Source of the DNA: an uncultured delta proteobacterium
GTDB lineage: Bacteria > Desulfobacterota > Binatia > Binatales > Binataceae
Direction of reading: 5' to 3'
Assembly (NCBI GenBank): GCA_963724765.1
Contig: CAVRVY010000001.1
Coordinates: 1,024,001-1,088,000 of the forward strand
DNA length: 64,000 nt
The notes under the pieces were generated by a model. The model searched no databases and was not told the origin of the DNA. It saw only the letters and a list, made by a program, of their open reading frames with translations. A program made the position numbers and the translations under genes. Below are positions 10,314-18,994 of this stretch, piece after piece (the stretch's first letter is position 1; each line of letters starts with the position of its first letter).

Positions 10314-10619
10314 CTAGACGAAGCCGTAGGCCAGCGCCAGGGAGAGATGGGGTATCGCCCATTGCTGGAGAAAAAGGATCACGATGATGACCACCATCGG
10401 CGAAAAATCGATTCCGCCGAAAAGGACCGGCATATGTTCGCGCACCCAATCAAAGACCGGTTCGGTAATCCCGTAGATTGCGCGCACTATGGGGTTGTAA
10501 GGATCGGGTGAAATCCATGTCATGATCGTCGCGGCGATGATGATCCAAAAATAGAGCTGCAGAAGTCCCGAGAGCATTCGGGCAATAAAGAAAACCAGAT
10601 CGACGTAAGCGCTGTTCAA
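10314..10619 (-). CDS. yggT: YggT family membrane protein
   Basis: WISPDPYNPIVRAIYGITEPV...GGIDFSP. Confidence 0.88.
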   Translation of the reverse strand: MNSAYVDLVFFIARMLSGLLQLYFWIIIAATIMTWISPDPYNPIVRAIYGITEPVFDWVREHMPVLFGGIDFSPMVVIIVILFLQQWAIPHLSLALAYGFV

Positions 10620-10651
10620 TTTGTTTTCGCGCGCCCTCGGCGTCGCCTCCC

Positions 10652-11509
10652 CTAGCTGACGCGTCCGAGTTCGCGTGAGCGCTCGGCCGCGGCATGTATG
10701 GCACGCGCCACGATATCAGAAAAGCCATCCGCGCCTAATTGCTTCAGCGCAGCTTCGGTCGTGCCGCCGGGCGACGCGACGATCCGAATCAGCTCGGCCG
10801 CAGTCATCGGCGAGCGGCGCATATTCTCCTCCGCGCCGCGAATCGTCTTGAGCGCCATCCGCAGCGCGAGATCGGCGGGCAGCCCCTGCGCGACCGCGGC
10901 GTCGGCGAGCGCCTTGGCGAAAAGATACACGTACGCGGGACCGCTGCCCGAAAGCGCGGTCACCGCGTCGAGCAGCGTCTCGTCCTTCAGCGCCACCGCG
11001 TCGCCGACAGCGCGGAAAATTTTAAGCGCGAAGGCTTCGTCCGCCCGGGTCGCGTTGCGTCCGCGCACCAGCGCCGCCATCCCTTGACCAACCATCGCGG
11101 GCGCGTTCGGCATCACGCGGATCACGCGCGCGTGGCCGCCCAGCGCGCCCTCCAGGCGGCCCAATGTGACCCCGGCCGCGATCGACACGAAGAGCTTGGA
11201 GGCGAGCCCGCCTTTGCGCGACGTGCGGTCGCCGCCGCCGCCGGCGCGGGCAAGCTCGGTCAGCACGGCGTCGATGGTTTGCGGTTTTACCGCGAAAAGC
11301 ACGGCGCGCGAGGAATTCAGGACCTCGAGATTGTCGGTCGTGACCTCGATTTTGAGCCCGCCTTTGGACCCACCCTTAAATTTGCGCCGGCGCGCCGCGT
11401 CGACGTCGGAGGCGATCAGATCGGAGGCTTTGAAGACCTTGTTTTCAACCAGGCCGCGCGCCAGCGCCTCGGCCATGTTGCCCGCGCCGATAAAGCCCAG
11501 TTTTTTCAT
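10652..11509 (-). CDS. proC: Pyrroline-5-carboxylate reductase
   Basis: GFIGAGNMA, AVKPQ, RVMPN, LSGSGPAY, VASPGGTT. Confidence 0.96.
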   Translation of the reverse strand: MKKLGFIGAGNMAEALARGLVENKVFKASDLIASDVDAARRRKFKGGSKGGLKIEVTTDNLEVLNSSRAVLFAVKPQTIDAVLTELARAGGGGDRTSRKGGLASKLFVSIAAGVTLGRLEGALGGHARVIRVMPNAPAMVGQGMAALVRGRNATRADEAFALKIFRAVGDAVALKDETLLDAVTALSGSGPAYVYLFAKALADAAVAQGLPADLALRMALKTIRGAEENMRRSPMTAAELIRIVASPGGTTEAALKQLGADGFSDIVARAIHAAAERSRELGRVS

Positions 11510-12195
11510 CACGCACGTTCGCCAAAGATCGCGCGGCCCACGCGCACGATCGTCGCGCCTTCTTCGATCGCCACGTCGAAATCTCCGGTCATTCCCATGG
11601 AAAGCTCGCTTAGCGCAAGCCCGGTGGCCGCCGCAAGCCGATCGCGCATCGAGCGCAGCGCGGCGAAGTGGCTCCGCGAGCGCTCTGGGTCGGAGGCCGG
11701 CGGCGGAATCGTCATCAGGCCCAGGATTTCCACTGTCACGCGCGCCTCCTCGATCAGCCGCTCGACCGCGCTGGCCGCGACACCGCTCTTGGACGCTTCG
11801 CCCCCGGCGTTCACCTCGATCAGCACCGGCACGCGCGGCGCAGGACGCGCGCGCCCCAGCGCGAGGGCCAGGCGCGCGGAGTCCAGGCTATGGATGAGTG
11901 TGAAGCGATTTGCGGCGTCGCGCGCCTTGTTGGTCTGCAGATGGCCGATCAGGTGCCATTGCAGATCGCTCAGATCGGCCAGCGCATCCTGTTTCCCCGC
12001 CGCCTCCTGCACGTAGTTCTCGCCGAACTCGCGTGCGCCGGCCGCGTAGGCGGCGCGAATCGCCTCGGGCGGCTGCGTCTTACTCGCAAGCACGAGCCTG
12101 ACCGCGGCCGGGGCGCGTTTTGCGCGAGCCGCCGCGCGTGCGATCCGATCGCGCACGCTCGCCAGCCGCGCGGCGATTTCGTCGTGTGTGAGCAT
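11509..12195 (-). CDS. yggS: PLP homeostasis protein (YggS/PLPBP)
   Basis: ASKTQP, FGENYVQE, WHLIGHLQTNK, LSMGMTGD, VRVGRAIFG. Confidence 0.95.
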   Translation of the reverse strand: MLTHDEIAARLASVRDRIARAAARAKRAPAAVRLVLASKTQPPEAIRAAYAAGAREFGENYVQEAAGKQDALADLSDLQWHLIGHLQTNKARDAANRFTLIHSLDSARLALALGRARPAPRVPVLIEVNAGGEASKSGVAASAVERLIEEARVTVEILGLMTIPPPASDPERSRSHFAALRSMRDRLAAATGLALSELSMGMTGDFDVAIEEGATIVRVGRAIFGERA

Positions 12196-12223
12196 CAGCC
12201 TTGGGTCAGCATCCGGCTTGCCC

Positions 12224-12814
12224 TCAACTCCCCGCTCCGCGCGACACGATCGCGTTGCGCCGCAGTGCTGCGAGTACCTCGCCTAGCGGCAGGCCCATCA
12301 CGTTGTCGCGCTCGCCCTCGACCGCCACCACCAAGCCCGCGCCCTCGGCCTGGATACCATACGCGCCCGCCTTGTCCATCGGTTCGCCGGTGCGGATGTA
12401 GGCGTCGATTTCGTCGTCGCCAAGCGCGCGGAAACGGACGCGGCTGGTGACGGCGCGGCTTTCGACTACGCGGCCGTCGCGCGCGAGCGCGAAGGCGGTC
12501 ACCACGGTGTGGAAGCGCCCGGAGAGCGTGCGTAGCATGCGATGGGCGTCGGCGTGGTTGCGCGGCTTGCCGAGAATTTCGCCGCCGCATTCGACCACGG
12601 TGTCCGCGCCCAGCACCAGTGCGCCGTCGGCGCGCCGTGAGACCGCGAGCGCCTTCTCCTCGGCCATCCGGAGCGCGAATTGCGCGGCCGGCTCGTCCCC
12701 GTGGCGGGTTTCCTCGACGCCGCTTTCGCCAAGCTCGAACTCGACTCCGGCTGCCGCGAGCAATGCTCTGCGCCGCGGCGAGGTCGAGGCGAGAATCAAT
12801 CTGGTAGCGGCCAT
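12224..12814 (-). CDS. maf: Maf-family nucleoside triphosphate pyrophosphatase
   Basis: LILASTSPRRRALL, GADTVV, GEPMDKAGAYGIQ, NVMGLP. Confidence 0.93.
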   Translation of the reverse strand: MAATRLILASTSPRRRALLAAAGVEFELGESGVEETRHGDEPAAQFALRMAEEKALAVSRRADGALVLGADTVVECGGEILGKPRNHADAHRMLRTLSGRFHTVVTAFALARDGRVVESRAVTSRVRFRALGDDEIDAYIRTGEPMDKAGAYGIQAEGAGLVVAVEGERDNVMGLPLGEVLAALRRNAIVSRGAGS

Positions 12815-12989
12815 CGTTAAAATAAATCCATTGGCGAAAAAACCGTCGGCAAAATTCCGCTGGAGAGTCCGTTGGCAAAAGGTTGCAGGAGCCCGCCGGA
12901 CAGCGCAAGCGCGGCTGCGTGCCGCGTTGTTGGTTGGGCGATGGCAGTGTGCTTACACTGGCGCTAATTCAGTGCGGGGGCAAAAGCCG

Positions 12990-14009
12990 ATGAGCGAGCT
13001 GGTCCACAAATTCGTCAAAACCAACGGCATCAGGATGCACGTAGTTGAGGCCGGCAAGGGCTTCCCGGTGGTCTTCTGCCACGGCTTCCCGGAGCTCTGG
13101 TACTCGTGGCGTCATCAGCTCCCCGCGCTCGCCGACGCCGGCTTTCGCGCGATCGCGCCCGACCAGCGCGGCTACGGCGATACCGATTGTCCCCAGCCGG
13201 TCGAGGCTTACCAGGTGCGCGAGCTGGTGAAGGACATCGTCGGGATGCTCGACGCGCTGGAGATCGACAAGTGCGTGATCGTTGGCCACGACTGGGGCGG
13301 CTTCGTCAGTTGGCAAAGCGCGATGCGCGCGCCGGCGCGAATTGCGCGCGTGATCAATCTCAATACGCCGTTCATGCCGCGATGGCTTCCGTCGACGCCG
13401 GGCAGTCCCGAGAATCCCAAGATAATCTGGGTGACGAGCCCGCAGCCCGCGCCGCTCAAGCCGACCGAGATGGCGCGGCAAAATGCCGCCGGCAATTTCC
13501 ATTACGTGCTGCACTTTCAGCAGCCCGGCGTCGCCGAGGCCGAACTCGAACGCGACGTGCGGCGCACGCTGCGCGGTCTTTATCGCGACCCGATGCCGCT
13601 TGCGCCGCTCGCGGAGCGGCCGGCGCCGGGCGTGTTCGGTCCCGCGGGCGGCGGTCTGCTGGATCGCTTGCCCGACGGGCCGCTCGGCAAATACATGAGC
13701 GAGGCCGACCTTGAGGTTTACGTGAAGGCGTTCGAGAAAACCGGCTTTCGCGGCGGACTCAACTGGTATCGCAATATCGACCGCAACTGGGAGGAATCGG
13801 CCAACCTCGCCGATCGAGTCGATCAACCGGCGCTGATGATCACCGCCGAGCTCGACTTCGTGCTGTGGCCCGAGCAGACGCTGGGCATGGAGCGATGGGT
13901 GCCAAATCTCAAGCGCGTGAACATCAATGGCTCCGGCCACTGGACCCAGCAGGAAAAGCCTGCGGAGGTAAACGCCGCGATACTGGAATTTCTGTCCGAC
14001 CTTCGATAA
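12990..14009 (+). CDS. Alpha/beta hydrolase, soluble epoxide hydrolase-like
   Basis: HGFPELWYSWRHQ, PDQRGYG, GHDWGG, GLNWYRN, GHWTQQE. Confidence 0.92.
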   Translation: MSELVHKFVKTNGIRMHVVEAGKGFPVVFCHGFPELWYSWRHQLPALADAGFRAIAPDQRGYGDTDCPQPVEAYQVRELVKDIVGMLDALEIDKCVIVGHDWGGFVSWQSAMRAPARIARVINLNTPFMPRWLPSTPGSPENPKIIWVTSPQPAPLKPTEMARQNAAGNFHYVLHFQQPGVAEAELERDVRRTLRGLYRDPMPLAPLAERPAPGVFGPAGGGLLDRLPDGPLGKYMSEADLEVYVKAFEKTGFRGGLNWYRNIDRNWEESANLADRVDQPALMITAELDFVLWPEQTLGMERWVPNLKRVNINGSGHWTQQEKPAEVNAAILEFLSDLR

Positions 14010-14082
14010 AGCCCTGGCCTCGCTATGATCGTTGCGCGCCCCCCGGATTGAATTGGCGCGGGCGTCACGTTACCCTATAGCG

Positions 14083-16258
14083 ATGTTTGTGAAGCCAAGT
14101 AGTGGGCTATTGGGTTTGGTTATGGTGGTGGGGTCGGCCGCGCTTCTGGCTCCCACGGCGCGGGCGCTCGGTCCGGTCAATGCGGCGGCCGCTCCATCGA
14201 TTCGCGGCGACGCACGATCCATCCTCGGCCAGTTCGGTGTCCTCGCGATCGTTCCGATCAACCCGGAGCAATCCTTCGTCGAGGGCTACGAAGCTTACCG
14301 CGCGCACGATCTGATGAAGACGATCGAGCGGATGACGCTCGCGGCCGACAAGTACCCCGCGCTTGCCGACTACGCGCTGTTCTATCTCGGGTCGGCCCAG
14401 CGCGACAGTGGCGACAATCAGAACGCCGCCGCGACTTTCCGGCGGCTGAGCTACGGCTATCCGCAAAGCGTCCTCGCCGATGAAGCGTCGCTCCAGTACG
14501 CAGAAATCGAATTCAAACTGGGACGGCTCGGCGACGCGCAGACGGCGGCCGCGGCGCTGGCTGCTCGCAATCCTGACCCGGGAATTGACTCGCAGGCGCG
14601 GCTAATCGAGGCGCGCGCCTCGCTCGGCCTTGGCGACGCGCAAGGCGCCTTCAGCCAACTGCAGGCGCTGCGCGAAAAGTATCCGCAGGGCGCTGCCGAC
14701 AGCGATGCGCGCACGCTCGCCTACTCGATTGCCGCGGCCCATCCCGATCTGATCGACACTCACTCGCTCGGCTACCATCGCCGCGAGGCCGCGTTGCTCC
14801 TGCACGAGGGCCACTCCGCCATGGCGCTTAGCCAGGTCGACGACGGCGCTGGCGCTCGAGCCTCCGGCCAGCGTGCATGCCGAGTTGCTGTGGCTTAAAG
14901 CCCGCGCGCTGCGGGCTGATTCAGACCGCGAGATGCTCGCGCTCGACGCCTATCTCACGTATGCGCCGCATGGCGAAATGGCTCCTGAGGCGCTCTATCG
15001 GCTGGGGCATCTGCAATGGCGTACCGGCGATACGAAGGCTGCGCGCGCGACGTTCACCAAACTGGTGCAGGAATTTCCCGCGCGCGAGATCGCGCCGGCC
15101 GCGATGTTCGACATCGGGCGCGCGTACGAGGACGACGCTCAGTGGGACCTCGCGCGCGCCGCGTACCTGCGCCTGGTCCGCAGCTATCCGCATAGCACTG
15201 AGGCCGCCGATGGCCGCTTCCGCGCGCCGTTTGCGCTCTACATGACCGGGCACTTCGACATGGCCGCGCGCGAATTCGCCTCGATGCAGCCGATGGCCGC
15301 GTCGGCCTCCGAGCGCGACGGGCTCTCGTACTGGCATGCGCGCTCGATGGAGCGCTCCGGCCAAAGCATCGCGGCCACCGCGATTTACCAGAGTCTGGCG
15401 CAAAGCACCGCGAGCAACTACTACCCTGAACTGGCGGCGCGCCGGATCGGCGCGCCCACGGCCCAGTTGGCCGCGGCGGACGCGCCTTCACTCGACGCCG
15501 CCGTGCCTTCCGTGGCGCCCGGCACCCTTGCCGCGTTTCATCTGGACCGTGTCACCACGTTGAAGCGGCTCGGCATGACCTATCTTGAACCGCCCGAGTT
15601 GCGCGCGCTCGCCAACGTGGACTCGAGCGACCCGCGCGTGCGCGATTTCGTGCTCGCCGAATTGCAGCGCACGGGCGATTGGTATGCGGCGATCGAGATA
15701 GCAGTGCGGTTGGAGAAGACCGGCAGCCTCGATTCCTCGACCACCGAGCGGCTGCGCTACCCGCGGGCTTACTGGGACATGATCGCGCAGGCCGCCAATG
15801 GCGACGCGCTCGACCCTTACCTGGTGCTGGCGCTGGTGCGCCAGGAGAGCCTGTTCAATCCGCAGGCGCGATCGGTGAGCGACGCGCGCGGCCTGATGCA
15901 GTTGATGCCGGCTACGGCCGACCGGATAGGGCCGTCGGCGGGTGTCGAGCAGGCCTCGCTCAACCTCTATGATCCTTCGCTGAGCGTGCGCGTGGGCACC
16001 GCCTATCTCAAGGACCTGTTCGAGATGTTCGGCGGCGATCCATTCAAGGCGGTCGCGGCCTACAATGCGGGCGAGCATGCGGTCCAGCAATGGAACGCCA
16101 AGTATCCCGGCGACGACGATCAATGGGTCGAGAATATCGGCTTTCGCGAAACCCGCGACTACGTCAAACGGGTGATCGGCGGCTTGCGGGAGTACCGGAT
16201 GCTCTATCCGTCGCACACGGTCTCCAGCGGCGCGACTCGGCCGCAGGGCCCGTCATAG
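14083..16258 (+). pseudogene. TPR-repeat soluble lytic transglycosylase (Slt70-like), split by a +1 frameshift near 14845
   Basis: ORF 14032..14898 has a signal peptide and TPRs; ORF 14873..16258 has TPRs and the SLT domain (RQESLF, ARGLMQLMP, AYNAG, ETRDYV); the frames join at GTC GAC GAC G GCG CTG. Confidence 0.8.
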
Positions 16259-16484
16259 GGCCGTCTTCAGCAGAACCGCCATCGGCCGGCAAGCTGCGGG
16301 CGTTCGCGCAAAGGACTTCCTGGGGAGAAAGTGCGCGCTCCGCTCACGAGGCCACTAAGCGACGGCGCTAAGGCCGGTGCCATGACACATGTCAGCGGGG
16401 TTGGGTCTCGCTCAGTCGCCCAGTGGCGATGCGACGAGCGCCTCCGATTGACCGCGATCATTCGTCTGCTTACGCTACGACGCT

Positions 16485-16655
16485 ATGAAACTGCTCAACC
16501 GCCAGTTGTTCGTCCTCGTACTTAGTGTCGGAGCGTGCGTGACCACGACCGGGTGTTTCTCTTGCACTACGGTGCATAACCCACCGCCTCAAGTCACCAT
16601 CCAGCAGTCGCCTCCTGTGGTAGTCGCGCCTAATCCGCCGCCTCCAGCCCAGTGA
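16485..16655 (+). CDS. Putative 56-aa Pro-rich lipoprotein (not in ORF track)
   Basis: MKLLNRQLFVLVLSVGACVTTTGCFSCTTVHNPPPQVTIQQSPPVVVAPNPPPPAQ; signal peptide plus TTGC lipobox-like site. Confidence 0.6.
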   Translation: MKLLNRQLFVLVLSVGACVTTTGCFSCTTVHNPPPQVTIQQSPPVVVAPNPPPPAQ

Positions 16656-16720
16656 CACTGTTGCGAGGCCCGCAATTTCGCTCATGTCTCGGAACAATGC
16701 AAAAAAATTAAAGACTAATT

Positions 16721-16815
16721 TGGCTGAGGGGGTAGGATTCGAACCTACGAGCGACTTTCGCCGCTAACCGGTCGTTTTTACAACCGGTTGCCTTCGGCCA
16801 CTCGGCCACCCCTCA
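16721..16815 (-). tRNA. Non-canonical class II (Ser-like) tRNA or tRNA-like RNA with an enlarged anticodon arm
   Basis: TGAGGGG/CCCCTCA acceptor followed by G-CCA; D arm GCC-GAGTGGCCGAA-GGC; long variable arm AGCGGC-GAAA-GTCGCT; T arm GTAGG-TTCGAAT-CCTAC; anticodon stem ACCGG/CCGGT encloses 12 nt (TTGTAAAAACGA). Confidence 0.75.
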
Positions 16816-16840
16816 GTGCGCACCTGCCAGCGCAAGATCG

Positions 16841-16912
16841 GGAGAGCGCGCTAGGATTCGAACCTAGGTCTTCGCCGTGATCGCGACGCACTACGCTCTG
16901 TGCTACGCGCTC
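16841..16912 (-). tRNA. Non-canonical short tRNA-like RNA with a 4-bp anticodon stem (central triplet UCA)
   Basis: GAGCGCG/CGCGCTC acceptor, TA linker, D arm GCAC-AGAGCGTA-GTGC, TCGC-GATCACG-GCGA, variable AGAC, T arm CTAGG-TTCGAAT-CCTAG; 3' end is TCC(C), with no encoded CCA. Confidence 0.65.
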
Positions 16913-16920
16913 TCTATTCG

Positions 16921-17220
16921 CACAATGCTTGGGACTTGGATCAGATAGATTAAACCTCTATTCCAGGCACAACTTGGCGTCTTCGAACATCCAAGGCCGC
17001 TCCTGACATGGATTAAACCGGAGGCATCGCTAAGAAGTTCCATAAGCGCCTAATCTTCCCTAAAGTTGCCGTGTGGGTTGTACAAAAACTTGTACCCAAA
17101 CACTTCGATTACCCCCCGCCATGCACCCCTGCGATGGTCCGTCCGCAAGCGGAATGCAACCGCTTACCTAAATGAGTTACTGCGAGATTTCGCAATCAAA
17201 TCAGGGAGTTATGCGGCAAT
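16921..17220 (-). ncRNA. Candidate structured non-coding RNA upstream of the tRNA-like pair
   Basis: Lower-GC tract without a convincing ORF; several hairpins and long-range complementary segments found by eye. Confidence 0.35.
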
Positions 17221-17330
17221 TTGGTTCTCGTTTCGTGCATCGTTGGCCAGCGGAATCGCTTCGGAATAGCGATAGAAACTTGTCAAGATAGCGTCCAGGT
17301 AGCTGCGGCCGTAGTGTAAAGGATCGAAGG

Positions 17331-18227
17331 GTGATAGCAGTCGGCGAGCCGCTGCCCGGACCATTCATCGGTATCGACGTCGGCGAGAATTTTCTCGACC
17401 TCGCGATCGTCGATGCTCCGCCACGCACGCTGGTTTTTAAACGCGTCGGGCTCGACGGACTGAAAGAGCCTGTCTGCGACACGCTGGCAGAGAAAATCAA
17501 AGACGCGGCGCCGGGAATCGATGCGCGCGCGATAGCACTGGTCGACTCGCCGCGATGGCCGCGCGATCTCGATTGGTCGCGCGGAACGCACAAGCGCGAT
17601 CCTGCGCCGCGCGGACGCGAGGTCGACGCCGTCCTGCGGCAAATCTATCGCACGTTAGTGGCTGTGCCCGCCGGCGAAACTCGGATGCCGGGGCTCTCGA
17701 TGTTCCCGACGCCGCGATATGACTACTTCGCGCGATGGGCGCGCGATCCACGATGCAAGCCGCATCTGAGCGCGATCGCGGCCGAACTGTTCGGCGGGCT
17801 TTTAGATGATGATCGTGATGCGGGCGGTCCGACGCAGAGCGGTGGCGGAACTTTCACTCGCTTCATGCTGGCCGGGTTCGGAACCTATCGCGCGCTGGAG
17901 CGGCTCGGCGTGCCCGTCTTCGAGTCCTATCCCGACCTGCAGTTGCGCCTTTCGTCTCCATCGACCTCGCTTCCGCCCAAAAAGCAGCACGCGAAAGCGT
18001 TGGCCGTGCGCCGTGATATCGTCGCGTCGCTCGCGGCAGGGCTTGGGCTTCGCGACGCGCCCATGCCGAAAACTGTTGACCAGGCTGACGCCGCGGCGCT
18101 GGCGCTCGCGGCCGCCTCCTCGGCGCTCGGCGATACATTGTGGGTGGTTCGCCATCCATGCGAGGGACGTTTCATGCTCGCGCTCGACGCTCGCCAGGCG
18201 CGCTGCCTCGGCATAGGAGGCGCTTGA
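17331..18227 (+). CDS. DUF429-like protein (predicted RNase H-fold nuclease)
   Basis: N-terminal FIGIDVG, ALVDSPR, GREVDA, VFESYP and DQADAAALA motifs. Confidence 0.7.
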   Translation: MIAVGEPLPGPFIGIDVGENFLDLAIVDAPPRTLVFKRVGLDGLKEPVCDTLAEKIKDAAPGIDARAIALVDSPRWPRDLDWSRGTHKRDPAPRGREVDAVLRQIYRTLVAVPAGETRMPGLSMFPTPRYDYFARWARDPRCKPHLSAIAAELFGGLLDDDRDAGGPTQSGGGTFTRFMLAGFGTYRALERLGVPVFESYPDLQLRLSSPSTSLPPKKQHAKALAVRRDIVASLAAGLGLRDAPMPKTVDQADAAALALAAASSALGDTLWVVRHPCEGRFMLALDARQARCLGIGGA

Positions 18228-18291
18228 CAAGCGTTGATTCAACACGGGTCAAAGTTGCTTGGCGGACCCGGGCGCGCAAACATAGATCTCG

Positions 18292-18978
18292 ATGTCATCA
18301 CAGCGCGAATTCAAGGCCGTATTCTTCGATCTCGATGGAACCCTGGTCGATATCCATGGTCCGCTCTATACCGCCGTGCGCAGCGCGCTCGACGACCTCG
18401 GCCACGCCCCGCCACTGACCCGCGAGCACTACCATCAGGCGCTCGCGCAGGACGATCCGTACCTCGGCCTGCCCGAGGACAAGCGCGCCGAGTACACCAA
18501 GCTGGCGTTCGCCTATTTTCTCGCCGAGATCGACCGCACCGAGCGGCTTGAACTGCTGCCCCACGCGCAGGAGACGCTGGCCGAGCTCAAGCGGCGCGGC
18601 TACGCGACCGCGATTATCACCAGCCGTCCCGGCGACTCGCAGCGGTTGGTTCAGAAACTTGCGATGGTCGGGCTGGCGTCTTACTTCGACCAGGTGATCA
18701 CGCAAACCGGCACCACGATGCGCATCCTCGACAAGACGCATAGCCTCAAGCAGGCCGCGATGCGCGCCGCTATGTTGCCGCAGGCCTGCATGTACGTCGG
18801 TGACGAGCCGCGCGACGTGATGGCCGCGATGAATGCGGGCTACGGCGCGTCGGTTGCGGTCGCCACCGGGCCCGCCAGCTATCGCATGCTCAGCAACCAT
18901 CCGCAGTACCGCGCCGATTTCGTGATGCGCTCGATGGGCGAACTGATCGGATTGCTGGACCGGCTCAAGACCGCTTAG
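18292..18978 (+). CDS. HAD-superfamily hydrolase/phosphatase
   Basis: FFDLDGTLVD, IITSR and MYVGDEPRDV motifs. Confidence 0.9.
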   Translation: MSSQREFKAVFFDLDGTLVDIHGPLYTAVRSALDDLGHAPPLTREHYHQALAQDDPYLGLPEDKRAEYTKLAFAYFLAEIDRTERLELLPHAQETLAELKRRGYATAIITSRPGDSQRLVQKLAMVGLASYFDQVITQTGTTMRILDKTHSLKQAAMRAAMLPQACMYVGDEPRDVMAAMNAGYGASVAVATGPASYRMLSNHPQYRADFVMRSMGELIGLLDRLKTA

Positions 18979-18994
18979 CGTTGAGACGGCGCAC

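Noticed and set aside
12447-12989. N-terminal extension of the hydrolase ORF (likewise the acs, infB, rimP and GT2 extensions)
   Set aside because: These overlap neighbouring genes or leader regions; family similarity begins at the later start codons.
16841-16912. tRNA-Sec call based on the UCA triplet
   Set aside because: Too short, with no long variable arm, no extended D stem and no U33; no sel genes nearby.
16721-16912. Integrase att-site remnants or YrlA-type Y RNA
   Set aside because: Both are full self-complementary cloverleaves rather than 3' fragments, and there is no integrase or Ro60/Rsr gene in the window.
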